A stretch of DNA of 64,000 nt, taken from the NCBI RefSeq assembly GCF_026210795.1, contig NC_089433.1, positions 3,968,001-4,032,000 on the forward strand. Direction: 5' to 3'. Made by a program: the position numbers and the translations under genes. Below are positions 38,219 to 50,817 of the stretch, in pieces; the stretch's first letter is position 1, and each line of letters opens with the position of its first letter. This DNA is from Rhizophagus irregularis (Eukaryota). The notes under the pieces were generated by a model that saw only the letters and a program-made list of their open reading frames with translations, made no database searches and was not told the origin of the DNA.

Positions 38219-38808
38219 ATGACTTCATTTAAAATTGATAAAATTTCAGAAAATTTTTTCGATTTTTAATTCTCGAAATTTGATATTGATTATAATGATC
38301 CTTATAAACAATAAAAAGAATTATAGAATTAGATAACGGATAACATGTTATTTTTGATTCCGCCGTTGAGTGGTTTTTCGCACCACCTGCACTTTCCATA
38401 AAAAAATTGATTAATAAATAAAAACAAAATAAATATGGAGTAACCAAAGAATTTAGATTTAAACTTAAATGAATACTGTATGGATTTTAAAATATAAATA
38501 CTAGACACAAATATTCATTACTACAATCACGTGTTTAATAATAAGCATCACAGGTTATTGTAAGACCCTGTTTGATCGTCATTATGGTCGCATGGTATCA
38601 CTCATGGTATCACGGTCGCACAGCACAATTTAATTTGTCCGGAATTTGGTTCCGGTATTTATTATTTTATTTATTTGTTTATTTTTTTTTTTTAAAAAAA
38701 AATAATTTTGACATTTTGATAAAATCATATTTAAAATTGTCTTAAAAAAATTTTTAATTATAAAAGTATTTATTCTAAACCATTTTTCATTATTTTTGGA
38801 TAAAAAGG

Positions 38809-40299
38809 ATGGAAAAACTCAATAAAGATATTCTTTTATTAATATTTGAAGAATTACAAGTCGATTCAAAATCACTCTTTTCTTGTCTAATGGTCAATAG
38901 AATTTGGTGTGAAACGGTAATTCCGATTTTATGGAAAAATCCCTGGTGCTATGAGATAAATTATAGTAATAAAAATTATTTATTTATGATCATTGCTTCA
39001 TATTTATCTGATGATAAAAAAGAATTCCTAAAAAGACAAGGAATACAATTACCATCAGTTTCATTTCAACCACTTTTGTTTGATTATTTATCATTCTGTA
39101 GAAGTATTAATGTAATTACTTTGAATACTATAACTTCTATAACTTCTATTGGTTATAATCAATTTCTTTTACAACAAGAATTTTATTGTCTCTTTATGAA
39201 GAAATTTTCAGAGTTGAAGTGTTTAGATATGAATTTACTTAAACACCAAATATTTTATTTTCCAGGAGCTGAAAATTGTCTTGAATCATTATGTGAACTA
39301 AAATGTGATACATCTAATGATCCTTCATATTTTTATGGATTGGCTCGTATTTGTCAATATATACAGAGACTCATCATTGTTAATACAGTACCAAAGTCCA
39401 ACTCTGGAATTGTTAAATTAATTGAAGTTCAGAAGAATTTAAAATATTTTGAATGGACTGATGATTTTGATGTTGATTATTATACAGATAATCATTATAA
39501 AGAAACCTTTCTTGAATTAGAAAAAAAGGCAGGTTTTCTTAATCATCTTAAACTATTTTTCCTATATATTGATAGTTTTGATTATTATATAATAATGAAA
39601 GGATTACTTCCAAAACTTCATAATATAAAAACTTTAAAATGTAATGAATTTAGTTATATTAATTACAGTATATTGAAGACGTTAGTCTATAATGACATTG
39701 AAGTCCTTGATATAGATTATTTTACAATAAGTGAAACTTTAATCATAATTGAAAATAGTGGTGGACATCTTAAAGAAGTTTCATTAAAACCTTACGATTT
39801 TATATTTGATGATGATAATTTTAGTGATAAATCTCTCATTTTTATCCGTAAAATTTATGAAAATTGTCCTTTGATTGAATATCTATCACTTGCACTTTTT
39901 CCATCAAGAAATCATTTCATTGAATTTGAAAAATTATTACAAGTTTGTCAAAATCTGAAGTCATTATTATTAATTACATCAAATTATTATACTTACGAGA
40001 CTGAAGAAGAAATTTTAGAAAATAGAAAAGAAATATTAAAAATATTAATTAAATCAGCACCAATTAATCTAAGAGAAATTAGATTTTTTGATGATTTTAA
40101 TTTCTCTTTGGAAGTCTTGGAGGAAGAATTATTAAAAAAATGGAGAGACCGACCTGCACTTTCCATACTTACATCCAATTCTATTTATGAAGGAGAAGAT
40201 TATAAAAATTTGATTAATAAATATAAAAATAATGGAGTAATTAAAAGTTTTAGATGTGAACCTATTATGAACGTAGAAGATATGAACTTTAAAATATGA
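38809..40299 (+). CDS. F-box protein with RNI/LRR-like C-terminal region
   Basis: Intact 496-aa ORF. N-terminal LNKDILLLIFEEL...LFSCLMVNRIWCETVIPILWKNPW is an F-box, followed by LxxLxL-type repeats. Confidence 0.88.
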   Translation: MEKLNKDILLLIFEELQVDSKSLFSCLMVNRIWCETVIPILWKNPWCYEINYSNKNYLFMIIASYLSDDKKEFLKRQGIQLPSVSFQPLLFDYLSFCRSINVITLNTITSITSIGYNQFLLQQEFYCLFMKKFSELKCLDMNLLKHQIFYFPGAENCLESLCELKCDTSNDPSYFYGLARICQYIQRLIIVNTVPKSNSGIVKLIEVQKNLKYFEWTDDFDVDYYTDNHYKETFLELEKKAGFLNHLKLFFLYIDSFDYYIIMKGLLPKLHNIKTLKCNEFSYINYSILKTLVYNDIEVLDIDYFTISETLIIIENSGGHLKEVSLKPYDFIFDDDNFSDKSLIFIRKIYENCPLIEYLSLALFPSRNHFIEFEKLLQVCQNLKSLLLITSNYYTYETEEEILENRKEILKILIKSAPINLREIRFFDDFNFSLEVLEEELLKKWRDRPALSILTSNSIYEGEDYKNLINKYKNNGVIKSFRCEPIMNVEDMNFKI

Positions 40300-40432
40300 A
40301 TCATTGCCACGCTTTTAGTTAATTCTTTTATATTAGAAATTAGTATGTAGAGTATATAATGTATTAGCCTATTAGGTTCTTTTTATTTATCGCCATTTTC
40401 GAATTAGTGTGATCAGTCACATTTTTGCTATT

Positions 40433-41018
40433 TATAGCCGTTTGCAAAATTGTGTAGTTAGGCGTCGATCATAATATCATGGAAAATTCCCAGATTTCCA
40501 ACTTATCATTGAATAAACTTCGTAATATTAAAGATTTCCCCAGATTCCCTGACAAATATTATTGCTATATTACTACCAAAAACCATAAATAAAGTTAAAA
40601 ATAAATTCTACAGCTAAATTTCGATCATTTTAAATGAAATTTAACGGCTTTTATAAACAAAATATTTAGTATGCCTCCAGTTTATAGTGAGGATTTAAAA
40701 ACAACATATAATATATTTTCGGTGCTTAGTTATTATACATTAACATTTTTTTTGTTGTAAGTCAATTCCACAGTATAAACACATTCGGCACCCAAAGCAG
40801 TTTCCTTGTTTACTTAAGTTTAGTATATTGTGTATCAGCTATTATTTTTTTTATAATTTGGATATAATTTAAGAAATTTGAGTTTGATTTTATTTTGGCT
40901 TATAAAGTTTAATTTTGAGCTAAATTTAGTTAATGATCTTGATTTTTTGATTTCCCGATTTCCTTTATACATACATGTGATAAAAACCACTGACTACACC
41001 TTTTTGCAAACGGCTATA
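40433..41018. mobile_element. ~586-bp non-autonomous TIR element related to the 38041 MITE
   Basis: TATAGCCGTTTGCAAAATTGTGTAGTTAG versus CTGACTACACCTTTTTGCAAACGGCTATA. TSD ambiguous. Confidence 0.75.
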
Positions 41019-41504
41019 AATAAAATGTTGAATTTCGAAATTACAAAAATAAACTATCACGTGCAATCATAAATTTTATTTGTTCTACGTAATTCTAAGC
41101 CACTGTTGTATCACTTTCATTATAATTTTTTATCGTGGTCACGTTCATTTTGCTACTAGTAGCATATAAACAATTCCTAATTTGACTCTGGAGATTCACA
41201 ATTCCCAAAACAATTACTATAACGTGTAATAAAAAGTTTTTATTTTTCACAGGTAAACTCAAATGTTAATAATTGAATGGTAAAAAATAGTTATACCCTT
41301 TTTAAATTCTTTCATAAAAAATTTTTTTCATGTTATATATCCATGAAAATAAAATTATATAATGTCATATGATGTTATTAAAAAAAAAGAAAAAAAAAGA
41401 AATAATTCTCAAAATAGGTCAAACTCATATAACTTACAAGCAAAAAGCAGGCTGGTTGTATATTTACAATGGGGTTAAATAATCGAGGCATTGCCACATA
41501 TCAT

Positions 41505-43093
41505 TCCTAAGGTAGAAATGATAAGATGATTTTTTTCCAAAAAAGTATCAAATAATTTTATTAATACAAACAAAAAATTCTATAAAAGTTTATCATAGCG
41601 TTTATAACCTTCAAAATGCTATCTCTAATTATGATGCCAAAAGGTCCAAGTGGCATAGAAGTCTTAAATGTGGCAGTTCTAGATTTTAATATGTCAGCAG
41701 ATGTTCGCTTTAATATTTCTTTTTCATAAAAGAAATATTGCTGTCCGTATATTTAAGTAATGCTTGAGAAGGTTTATCAGCATCTTGAATAGCATTATTT
41801 GCTCCTAATCCCAATATAGGACTCATAGCATGAGCAGCATCACCTAATAACACAACTCGGCTACTTGTCCATGATTTGATAGACATTGGATCAATATCTC
41901 GCATCATTCTTCATTGTACAGGATTATAAGTTTTAAATGGAAACTTTATTGGATCATTTGGAATTGTTTTAGGTGCCAAGTCCATAATTCTATTAATAAA
42001 TCAGCCAATTCACAATCTGGTCTTAATGTTCGAATTAATCGTTTAACATGTTCGATAACTAATGCAGGATCATTATCATCAACTTTAACTTTATCGGATT
42101 CAATATATATGAAGCTGTGCAAATTTACATCAACGCTATCCAATTCGGAGAGATAAGAATAGACTAATGTTACTCTATAATGAGGTTCACTTTTCTCATC
42201 TTGTTTGATTGGTATTAAGCGTGTCAGCATAAGCGTTGAATCTCCTTTTGTTCCAAGAGCTTTACGGACCAAAAAGTTTCCATGGATTTTATTTGCCTTG
42301 TCCATAAGATGTTGAGGTACGGAAACATCCGCACTAACATGGGTTATTCCATAATCAATGATTTGTAATTCGGGTAATTTGTGTTTTCGTATTAATAGAA
42401 AAAAAATGTTTGTTATTTAAGAATAATTCAAATAATAGATATTATTTAAAAAAATCTTATAACTTACTTGGAGAATTAATTCCATCTGTGCCAACTAAAA
42501 TATTACAAAATTCTTGTGAACCATCTTCAAAAAATACCCAAACTCCTCCTTCAGTCTCTACATATTTAATACATTTTTTATTCCATTGAACTGGTACGCC
42601 TTCTAATAAAACATCTAAGTCTATTACGATAAGTGATAATTGATGATAGGCCACGAGATATTTTTGCAATTTCATAAACATCTTTAAATGGTTTAGTTGG
42701 AGGGGTAAGTAGAACACTTCCTATTTGATCAGTGATAGTTATTCCATGAGTTTCTACACCAGGAATGGGATTTGGTATGGCTTTTGGAAGGTTTGAAGCG
42801 ATTGAGGATGGAACACAGTTTAAAAGAGATCGAGCTCCATAATTGGACAAGCCTATATGATATCCTTGCCATCGATCTAATACGTGACAGTATGAGTGAG
42901 TTAATTTTAAAGTTTTTAACATAATATTTAACTAGAAAATTAGAAATTTTTATATCTGTAGGACTAGTTGCACGTTCAAAGATTTTTACGTTGAATTCTT
43001 TTTTGTCCTTGTTCTTTATTAAGGCATGATAGAGTTAAGTCCTCCTAGACCTGCACCGACAATAATAATTGTTGGAATTTTTTCTTGTTGCAT
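41505..43093 (-). pseudogene. FAD-dependent monooxygenase (class A flavoprotein hydroxylase type), frameshifted
   Basis: IIIVGAGLGGL (GxGxxG), ILVGTDGINS (DG motif) and RVVLLGDAAHAMSPILGLGANNAIQDA (GD motif). Several frameshifts and stops; two introns. Confidence 0.88.
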
Positions 43094-43879
43094 TCTTAAT
43101 GAAATTATGATTTGTGTAAAAATTCAAAAATTGTTATGATTAAAATTTTTAATGTAATTTAAATTTGTTCTGAAAAAATCGAGAAACATTTTTCTAGCGG
43201 ATTTATTTATAAGAAAATAAGGTCTTTGCCAAGAAAAAACGAAACAAACGTTAACGTAACTTTATCGTTGCGTAATTCTTTTTTAAGTTATTGTATTAAC
43301 GTTTAAGTATTGATCAAGAATAAATTTTTACCATTGCCGATATTTATCCTATTTCGTTATTTCTGTCCCATGAAAAATTGCTATAAACGTCACATGCCAA
43401 GTCAAGTGTAATGTCGTATAACTATTTTCTAGAAATAAATGACATCATTATTTAATTTTAATTTCTCGGAAAATTATTTTACCATAAAATTTTACCACGA
43501 AATTTCTGTGGTAAATTGTAACAAACATTATCAAAGAAAATTTCTTGATTGTAAATAATCACCTACATGAATCTTATTATTATATTATTATTTAATTGAT
43601 TATTTACGAAAAATGTAATTATATTAATACTTCTTATAATAATTAATACAAAGTAATTAAACTATTATTGACCATTTTTCCGAACTAACTTGTTATAATA
43701 CATTCGAACTAACTCGTTACTCGTTATAATTATTTAGTATCAAACATACTATATATTTACGATTACATGAACCATATTCTATAAATTTCTAAACTAGTTC
43801 TTGTTTCAATTAAATTCTTTTACAACTTCCTTTCAATCTCGTTTTAATTCATCCATACTAATCATTTCATCCAACATTA

Positions 43880-44400
43880 TGATCAGAATTGAAATGACAA
43901 AGATCCGTAGATAAAAGTGATGGCGCAAGCTCATTCCTACACATAACATGGCGGCTTTTTATAAATGAAGAAAAATTAAATTATTATACATATTAATTTT
44001 AATTTTACAAATGTGTAATTAATTATAGCTTATATCTTTTACGAATTCAAAAATTTGAACCAGTTGTTCCTTCAAGAGACTTTATAATAAAGAAGTAAAA
44101 AATTAATATTTTAATAAGAGTAATATTTCGTAGGATTTACGTAACGGCAAACCTGCAATAGAGATACTTCAAACGTAATCTGCTGTACTTCTACATATTC
44201 ATCTGGTTTCGTCACTTTTATTAATTCACCAATAACAAAAAGTCCATTGATCTAAATATAACGTGGTTCGATATTTAAATAAGTCAAATCAAAATGATTT
44301 TCTTAAAAGATAATCCTTACAATATATCAACATGGATAAGATTTAAATTATTAGATATAATTGATGCGAGAAATAATTTTTTCTTATCAATGACGATAAA
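43880..44400 (+). pseudogene. Highly degenerate MIF4G-domain-like remnant
   Basis: ISTWIRFKLLDIIDARNN resembles the MIF4G C-terminal SxRIRFxLxDxIDxRxN motif. The rest is barely readable. Confidence 0.35.
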
Positions 44401-45629
44401 TGCCTCATTTGATAATTCTAAGAGAAATGTTCCAGCTCCAATCTATATATATATATATATTATACATAGTATAATTAGTACATCTAAAATTTGAATCTCC
44501 TTGGAGAAAGAACAGATTTATTTAAATAATTTATATGTTCTTTGTTGAAGTTGATGCTATTTCTTGTTCTCAAATTTTTTTTACATAAAAATCCGATCTA
44601 TTCCAAAGCCATTTTCAACGTGTCTATTTTTATTAAAATTAGAAACTGATTTAATAATCTATAGAAAAGATTCGATAATCAATTCCAATCCATACGGTGA
44701 GCAACCATGTGGGTATATAATGATTAACCATTTCGAAGATATTTGGTAGAAGTATAATGGAACAATCTTATAGGAAACATTAAATAACTAATAACTTTAA
44801 ATTGTGTATACAAAAAATAAATAATAAAAAATATTGTTATTATCTATTTATCATTATCATTTCATATAAATTTTAATGTAATGAGTTTGTAATACTAAAG
44901 TCACGTAATAATAAATTTGACCGAAGATCGAGCGGTATTAAATTTATTTTTTCTAAAAATAGTTAAATGAAATTAACTTTGCCAAAGTTTCAGATTCATT
45001 CTCTGACAAAACTCTCAGGTTTTGTCTACTACATTAACAAGGGACTATAGAAAATATAATAAATTATTGAATGCAAACAAAACAATCATATTTATAAACC
45101 TATAAAATAAGAATGTTTTCTTAAAAAAAGCTCTTAGATCCTAGTACTTAAATTTAGAATTCATTTTTTCATAAATAAATCAAATCAGATGATTAATAAC
45201 ATTCAAAAAATTTTTCAGCGAAATTTTTTTGCGATTTATCAAATACCGAAATATAAGTTTTAAGGAGTTCAACTTATATCGAAAGGTTTTAAAGGTATTT
45301 CAACTTATAAGATTTATAACGTGGAAGACGATTTGGTTTTAATTTCGTTTGTTGTCGCTACAATATTGGCTCTGACATATACTGTAATTCATGATAACTG
45401 TAGAATTTGGGCAAAGTACACGTCTTGTCAAAAGAAATGGACGTCAATCAAAATAACTATAATTTTTTTTTTTCGTTTTAAATAGATAGATCGGCACTGA
45501 CGCCGACATTATGTAATGACCAAAAAAGGAAAAAGACTTTTCATATATAGTTTGGAGTCCTATTGTTGTACAACATTTAATTATAATTTTTTTTTTCTTT
45601 TTATTTTTTTTAAAAAAAAGACGAAAAAT

Positions 45630-47156
45630 ATGTCTAATCAATTTTTTTCGAAATTAAGTCAAAATTACATTGAATTATTAGAAGAAGATGAATATTATGA
45701 TATTACGATTGAAGTTGGTGAAGACCCTAATGTAAAAATTCTCCGTGCTCATATGAGTATTCTATGTTGCCGTTCTCCGTATTTACGAAGAATTTTGACT
45801 TCTAATAAAAAGAATAAAGATAATGCTTTAGTTCACATCAAGTTACCAAATATATCACCGGAAATCTTTCAAATTATTTTAAAGTAAGTTTGCAGACAAA
45901 TAATACATAATTTTATTATTATAATACCAGCAAATTTTATTCATATTCAAATTCAAACTTCACATTCTTAATTTAGATTTATTTATGGTGGTATTCTCCC
46001 ATTGAATGGGCGAGATAATTCGGAAATTATTAAGATTATGTTGGCTGCGGATGAGTTTCTTCTTCAGGAACTTGTTGATTATATACAAAATTATTTAATT
46101 GAAAATAAATCCGAATGGATGGAACAGAATTTTGAACTTGTTCATCGAACAAGTTTTCAATCCAATTCTTTATTACAACTTCAACAATTTTGTACAGATT
46201 TTATGGTAAAATCTCCAGAAAAAATATTTAAATCACTTGATTTCACTTCACTTCCTGAAAAATCTTTAGTTCAACTTATTAAAAGGGACGATTTACAAAT
46301 GAAGGAGATTGAAGTTTGGGAACATGTATTAAAATGGGGTCTTGCACAAAATCCTACACTTCTTCCAGATCCTAATACTTGGTCAGATGATGATTTCAAA
46401 ACAATGGAAAATACTTTACAACATTGTTTATCTTTAATTAGATTTTTTAGTTTATCATCTAAAGAATTTTTACAAAAAATTCATCCTTATAAAAACCTTT
46501 TAAAACGTAAACTTTACGAAACTTTGTTAAATTTTCATTTGGATCCCGATTTTGATTCAACTGACAATATTTCACTTCCCAGAAATCCTAAAATTGATGG
46601 AATTATTGATTCAAAAATTGTAAATAATTTAGATATTATTTCAACAATTTCAAGATGTATTGCTGATGTTAATAGCAAAATTTCGCATGTCAGAAAATTT
46701 CATTTACCGTACAATTTTCAATTATTATTAAGAGGAAGTCGAGATGGATTTACACCTAAAAAATTTCACGAATTATGTAATGATATATCTCATACCGTTA
46801 CATTTATTAAAGTAAAAGGAACAGATGAAATTATTGGTGGATATAATCCGTTAATATGGAGGAGATCTTCTGGTAGTTGGGATAAAACTAAAGATAGTTT
46901 TATTTTTTCTTTCAAAAATAATGATGTCAAAGATGCAATTATTAGTAATATAGAAAATATAGATTATGCAATATATTGTCGATATGACCATGGTTCGCGT
47001 TTCGGTGATGATATTGTCATGCATGCTTCTGGTGGGGAATGCGCATATTACAATGATATTCGTTGTAAAAAGGTGCAATATAATAAAAAGATAAGAGATA
47101 CCGAGGGTAATTTTTCCATAGATGATTATGAAGTATTTCAAATAGTAAAGAGATAA
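45630..47156 (+). CDS. BTB/POZ-BACK-TLDc protein, paralogue 3
   Basis: Exons 45630-45883 and 45977-47156; same motifs and intron position as the other paralogues. Confidence 0.93.
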
Positions 47157-47397
47157 GGCTGCTCCAAGCCAATTCTTTGTTTAACATAACATAGGGGCCC
47201 CAATCTAGGGGGGGGGGAGGGTAATATTGGCCAAAATTTTGACCAAAAGAGTGAGCAAAAATTTTGGATGATAATTCCGGCCAAGACTTAAAGATTTGTA
47301 TAATTCCGGCCTAAATTACATGTATTTTTTTTACATAAAAAATCCAAAAACAGGGGGGAGGGGGTTATGTTAAACGAAAAATTGAATTGGTGCGGCC
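47157..47397. mobile_element. PIF/Harbinger (Tourist-like) MITE inserted at the stop codon of paralogue 3
   Basis: GGCTGCTCCAA...TTGGTGCGGCC termini with longer imperfect TIRs (GTTTAACATAAC). TSD TAA, the left copy being the stop codon. Confidence 0.88.
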
Positions 47398-47916
47398 TAA
47401 ATGCAGTATTATCAAATAAGTTGTATCGATCTTATTTGAAATGAAATAAGAATACTTTTATTAGATTATTATTTAATATGTTTCACTTTATAAACATTGT
47501 ATTTGTGAAATCTTTTAACTCGACTCTAAATTAACATTTCATTTGTTTCATTTGTAAATTAAATTATTATCATACTTAATAAATATTTCTAAAATTCCAT
47601 TAGGAAAAAAAAACCTTCGATAAATATGGCTCCAATTCTCATATCTCGAAGTTTTTTAATATATATTTATACAGTTGACTTTCATCAGTTTTTTCTTTAG
47701 CAAAACTTTTGAGAATGATCAGTGGAAAGAGTTCTTTTCCTGATTAAAAAATATATTCATTACAACGAAGGATAAAAAGATAAATGATAATTAGTCGCTT
47801 CCTTATGATTCCAAAAGGAATCAATTAAATTATTTTAACCAAATGGCCAAAAAGTACGTAATTTATGATTCGATCGAGAGTAAATACTCTCATCAGCTGA
47901 TCGCAGTACTTGTCCT

Positions 47917-47977
47917 ATGGCGCAGTAAAATTCTATTTTGGAAAGAATTACGTTAATACTTATTCAATTTAACCATA
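47917..47977 (+). promoter_or_regulatory. Conserved upstream block of paralogues 4-7 (also at 50624, 52985, 55168)
   Basis: ATGGCGCAGTAARATTCWATTTTGGAAAGAATTACGTTAATRCTTATTYAATTTAACCATAT lies 140-195 bp upstream of each ATG, amid more diverged flanks. Confidence 0.55.
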
Positions 47978-48110
47978 TCAACCACACCTGAAACAATTAC
48001 TACAATTACTTTCAAATAAGTAAACGATAAGCATAATAAATTTACACAATATTAACCACAAATTATTTTTTGAGTCGACGCTACCTCAATTTCAATTTTA
48101 AATATAAATT

Positions 48111-49865
48111 ATGTCAACGCAATTTCTTTCAAAATTAAGTCAAAATTATATTGAATTATTAGGAGATAATGAATACTATGATGTTACAATTGAAGTTGGT
48201 GAAGATCCTAATGTAAAAATCCTTCGTGCACATATAAATATTTTGTGCTATCGTTCTCCATATTTACGACGAATTTTAGCTTCCAGTAAAAAAAATAAGG
48301 ATAATGTTCTAGCTCATATTAAGTTACCAAACATATCACCTGAAGTCTTCCAAATTATTTTAAAGTAAGTTTTATTTATAATAAATAAATTTATGCGTAT
48401 TACATAATCAAATATTCAAATAGGACCCCGAGCTATACATAAAAAGGTAGGGTAAAGGTTTGCGTAGAATTGACCAAAATAATCATGTAGATCTTTCCTT
48501 TTATAGATATTCCGGCCGGAATTTATTTCCCTTTTTAGACGCTGACTGGCATTATCATAATTCCGGCCCTGAAAAAATGCGTAGAGCTAATAGTAATTTT
48601 TTTTTGACTGCACCTTACCTCTATATATATAGCTCGGGGTCCTATTCAAATACTAAATTTAAATTATTAAATTTTTGTATTATAGGTATATTTATGGTGG
48701 TATTCTTTCATTAAATGATCATGATACTTCAGAAATTTTCAAAATTTTATTGGCTGCGGATGAGCTGCTTCTTCAGGAACCAGTTGACTATTTACAAAAG
48801 TATTTAATTGGAAATAAATCCGAATGGATGGAACAAAATTTTGAACTTATTCATCGAACAAGCTTTCAATCAAATTCTTTATTACAACTTCAACAATTTT
48901 GTACAAATTTTATGGCAAAATCTCCAGAGAAAATATTTAAATCACTTGATTTCACTTCGCTTCCGGAACAATCTTTAGTTCAACTCATTAAAAGAAATGA
49001 TTTGCAAATGAAAGAAATTGAAGTTTGGGAACATGTATTAAAATGGGGTCTTGCACAAAATCCTACACTTCTTCCAGATCCTAATACTTGGTCAGATGAT
49101 GATTTCAAAACAATGGAAAATACTTTACAACATTGTTTATCTTTAATTAGATTTTTTAGTTTATCATCTAAAGAATTTTTACAAAAAATTCATCCTTATA
49201 AAAACCTTTTAAAACGTAAACTTTACGAAACTTTGTTAAATTTTCATTTGGATCCCGATTTTGATTCAACTGACAATATTTCACTTCCCAGAAATCCTAA
49301 AATTGATGGAATTATTGATTCAAAAATTGTAAATAATTTAGATATTATTTCAACAATTTCAAGATGTATTGCTGATGTTAATAGCAAAATTTCGCATGTC
49401 AGAAAATTTCATTTACCGTACAATTTTCAATTATTATTAAGAGGAAGTCGAGATGGATTTACACCTAAAAAATTTCACGAATTATGTAATGATATATCTC
49501 ATACCGTTACATTTATTAAAGTAAAAGGAACAGATGAAATTATTGGTGGATATAATCCGTTAATATGGAGGAGATCTTCTGGTAGTTGGGATAAAACTAA
49601 AGATAGTTTTATTTTTTCTTTCAAAAATAATGATGTCAAAGATGCAATTATTAGTAATATAGAAAATATAGATTATGCAATATATTGTCGATATGACCAT
49701 GGTTCGCGTTTCGGTGATGATATTGTCATGCATGCTTCTGGTGGGGAATGCGCATATTACAATGATATTCGTTGTAAAAAGGTGCAATATAATAAAAAGA
49801 TAAGAGATACCGAGGGTAATTTTTCCATAGATGATTATGAAGTATTTCAAATAGTAAAGAGATAA
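48111..49865 (+). CDS. BTB/POZ-BACK-TLDc protein, paralogue 4 (chimera: 5' of paralogue 5, 3' of paralogue 3)
   Basis: Exons 48111-48364 and 48686-49865. Confidence 0.9.
48423..48642. mobile_element. 220-bp intronic MITE (Mutator-like TSD length)
   Basis: TIR GGACCCCGAGCTATA flanked by TATTCAAATA on both sides (10-bp TSD, or 8 bp if the ends are shifted by one). Absent from the similar intron of paralogue 7. Confidence 0.88.
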
Positions 49866-50104
49866 GGCTGCTCCAAGCCAATTCTTTGTTTAACATAACA
49901 TAGGGGCCCCAATCTAGGGGGGGGGAGGGTAATATTGGCCAAAATTTTGACCAAAAGAGTGAGCAAAAATTTTGGATGATAATTCCGGCCAAGACTTAAA
50001 GATTTGTATAATTCCGGCCTAAATTACATGTATTTTTTTTACATAAAAAATCCAAAAACAGGGGGAGGGGGTTATGTTAAACGAAAAATTGAATTGGTGC
50101 GGCC
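49866..50104. mobile_element. Duplicate of the Harbinger-type MITE
   Basis: Copy of 47157..47397 within the tandem duplication. Confidence 0.88.
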
Positions 50105-50817
50105 TAAATGCAGTATTATCAAATAAGTTGTATCGATCTTATTTGAAATGAAATAAGAATACTTTTATTAGATTATTATTTAATATGTTTCACTTTATAA
50201 ACATTGTATTTGTGAAATCTTTTAACTCGACTCTAAATTAACATTTCATTTGTTTCATTTGTAAATTAAATTATTATCATACTTAATAAATATTTCTAAA
50301 ATTCCATTAGGAAAAAAAAACCTTCGATAAATATGGCTCCAATTCTCATATCTCGAAGTTTTTTAATATATATTTATACAGTTGACTTTCATCAGTTTTT
50401 TCTTTAGCAAAACTTTTGAGAATGATCAGTGGAAAGAGTTCTTTTCCTGATTAAAAAATATATTCATTACAACGAAGGATAAAAAGATAAATGATAATTA
50501 GTCGCTTCCTTATGATTCCAAAAGGAATCAATTAAATTATTTTAACCAAATGGCCAAAAAGTACGTAATTTATGATTCGATCGAGAGTAAATACTCTCAT
50601 CAGCTGATCGCAGTACTTGTCCTATGGCGCAGTAAAATTCTATTTTGGAAAGAATTACGTTAATACTTATTCAATTTAACCATATCAACCACACCTGAAA
50701 CAATTACTACAATTACTTTCAAATAAGTAAACGATAAGCATAATAAATTTACACAATATTAACCACAAATTATTTTTTGAGTCGACGCTACCTCAATTTC
50801 AATTTTAAATATAAATT

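Noticed and set aside
46851..47141. Recurrent antisense ORFs (MKYFIII..., MDDKLKNL...) in BTB genes
   Set aside because: They are shadows of the conserved sense codons; lengths vary and they are absent in some paralogues.
48460..48714. 84-aa ORF (and its copy at 51167) as a separate gene
   Set aside because: It lies in the intronic MITE and runs out of frame into exon 2.
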